Shown: in pieces, positions 62,306 through 64,000 of the stretch
How positions within the stretch are numbered: the first letter of the stretch is position 1
Layout of the letters: every line of letters begins with the position of its first letter
Source: Carcharhinus longimanus
Lineage: Eukaryota
Length of the DNA stretch: 64,000 nucleotides
Direction: 5' to 3'
NCBI GenBank assembly: GCA_030264375.1
Contig: JASCQW010000156.1
Location: forward strand, 26,816,761 to 26,880,760
The notes under the pieces: model-generated
The model's input: the letters and a program-made list of their open reading frames with translations, nothing else
What the model was told of the DNA's origin: nothing
Database searches by the model: none
Position numbers and translations under genes: made by a program

Positions 62306-62999
62306 TAAGAAACATTTAGTTGAGTGCTTGAAACGCCATAATGTACAAGGCTACATATAGAAAAGGGGGTTAGAATGGACGTGTTGACTGACACAGATGA
62401 GCTGGAAAACTCGAGTCTGACTAAATTAATCAGTGCTACAGTCCTCAATTATTTACAGTGAGTTCCCATTCTAATCAGTCTCTAGGTTTCTCCTAAATTA
62501 CTTATCTGACTTATTAGTGTCCATCTTGTATTTATGCCCCTAGTTTTTTTTTCTCCACAATTCATGGGCAGCCTTCCTGCTAAAGGCACTGACCTGGCAT
62601 TGGAAAGGAGGGGCCCCACTGTGAGCCAACCTGCCCTACATACACACTCCCTGCACCCGCTCCTCCCTTGTGAACCCTCCCTTGTACTATCACCCACCTG
62701 TGCCTGGGTCCGTGGCAGTGCTTAGCTTTGGGTAGTTGTAGGACCTGCAGCAGCCGCTGCCTCCTTGGTGGCACTATCAAGCAATGAAAAGTGGGACTTC
62801 CACCTCTGAGACCCTTTGACCCTGGGGAAGCCCCACCTCTACCCAGTTAAGTGCTTGACTGGCCTTCGCGAAGAGGGGGCAACATGGTACTTACCAAACT
62901 GACAACCACAACCTCCGCTGACTGCGTTAAATGTCGCGTACCCTGTGTGCTAGAGGCTATCTTTTACGTGTTCTTTATCCTTATTTTCCCCTCTCTTAG

Positions 63000-63131
63000 G
63001 TCGAGGGGAGAAAGGTCAGCTTGGACACGGTGACACAAAGCGCGGAGAGGTCCCTAAACTCATTGAGGCCCTCAAAGAGCAAACAATAGTTGCAGGAGCT
63101 TGCGGACGTAATCACAGTCTCTGTTTAACAG
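63000..63131 (+). CDS. RCC2: RCC2 coding exon 4, GRGEKGQLGHGDTKRGEVPKLIEALKEQTIVAGACGRNHSLCLT; gene continues beyond window
   Basis: Long pyrimidine tract plus AG at 62998-62999, 132 nt, phase 1-1, donor G|GTAACT. GQLGHG and ACGRNHSL RCC1-repeat motifs. Confidence 0.97.
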
Positions 63132-64000
63132 GTAACTACCAGAGCATGTGGGAAGCCTGAAAAGTGGACCTTTTTATTATAACATTTATAATGAGTAATG
63201 ATTGTATTTTGCAGTAAAGCACGTGGCGTTATTCCTTGGGGAAGATTGCTGTATTCCAGATAAGGCTAGTATTTAATATATGCCTAAAACTTGCTCTTCT
63301 ATTAGAACTGCTCATAGAAATTTCAGTATCTACACTCACTAGTCACCTTCAAATTCTAGAATATTGAAGGCTTTTTTGCACCAGAATTATAAATAATTGT
63401 CTATATATAGTATTATCATAAAGCAAAGAAACAATATTAAGATGTCATTTAAAGTACTCTTTGCTGAAAAGTAGCAACTGCATTGTATGGTGTTTAATAA
63501 GTGCAGCATCAACATACAAAGGGGATTACAGAACATTCTGAGCAGTGGCAGCTGTTCCATCCTTCCAACGAGGCCAAATTTGTTACTAGTGACAGTGAAC
63601 CATTTTGCCTCTTCCCTCTGCAGTTGGATAACTTTTAAAGATACACGGCAATTTTAAAGTTACAAGTTATAGGACTCTAGACTGCCCCTTCCCAGACACA
63701 TGAGGGGTCTTGAAGTAGAATGCCCACATTCTCAAAAGTGTCTCTGGTGTGATGCTGGTGCAAGAACAGAAAACACATTGAAATAGATTTAGGCCTTGAG
63801 GTAGCAGGAGGAAATTCTGTGTAACGGTCATGCTAAACATGCTTTTAATTGGGTGTTTAGATCTGTAACATTGCTTGCTAAGACTTTCAGATGTTTTTTT
63901 TCATCTTCTGCATGGCGAACTTCTGCCTAATCCTATTTGATTGAATTTAAATCTTGTGGGTTTTAAAATCTACCACTGGAGCTTAAAGTTGAAAGGCTCC

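Overview
Eukaryotic, repeat-rich vertebrate DNA from a gapped scaffold. The repeat families (CR1/HER1-type LINEs, HE1/V-SINE-type and Deu-domain SINEs, Rex1/Babar, RTE, Penelope, Harbinger MITEs) point to a cartilaginous fish (shark). About 1-46,000 is intergenic-looking, a mosaic of decayed and nested transposable elements. From about 46,500 to the end lies the 5' part of RCC2 (TD-60) on the + strand. Four coding exons (47039-47200, 56584-56677, 60405-60548, 63000-63131) splice in frame with canonical AG/GT ends, and the gene continues past the window. The RCC2 introns hold the most interesting items: a second CpG-rich promoter-like element oriented antisense; an inverted Penelope pLTR pair with a minimal hammerhead ribozyme whose core is intact in the pre-mRNA sense; a ~270-bp locally templated insertion inside a SINE; and a full-length processed RPS3A pseudogene. 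Upstream are an RTE LINE with twin-priming-type 5' inversion geometry and an unclassified ~500-bp element with ~120-bp terminal inverted repeats. I found no convincing wholly new multi-gene system. Nearly all listed ORFs are TE remnants or spurious. Repeat boundaries are approximate, and family calls come from motif recognition, not database searches.
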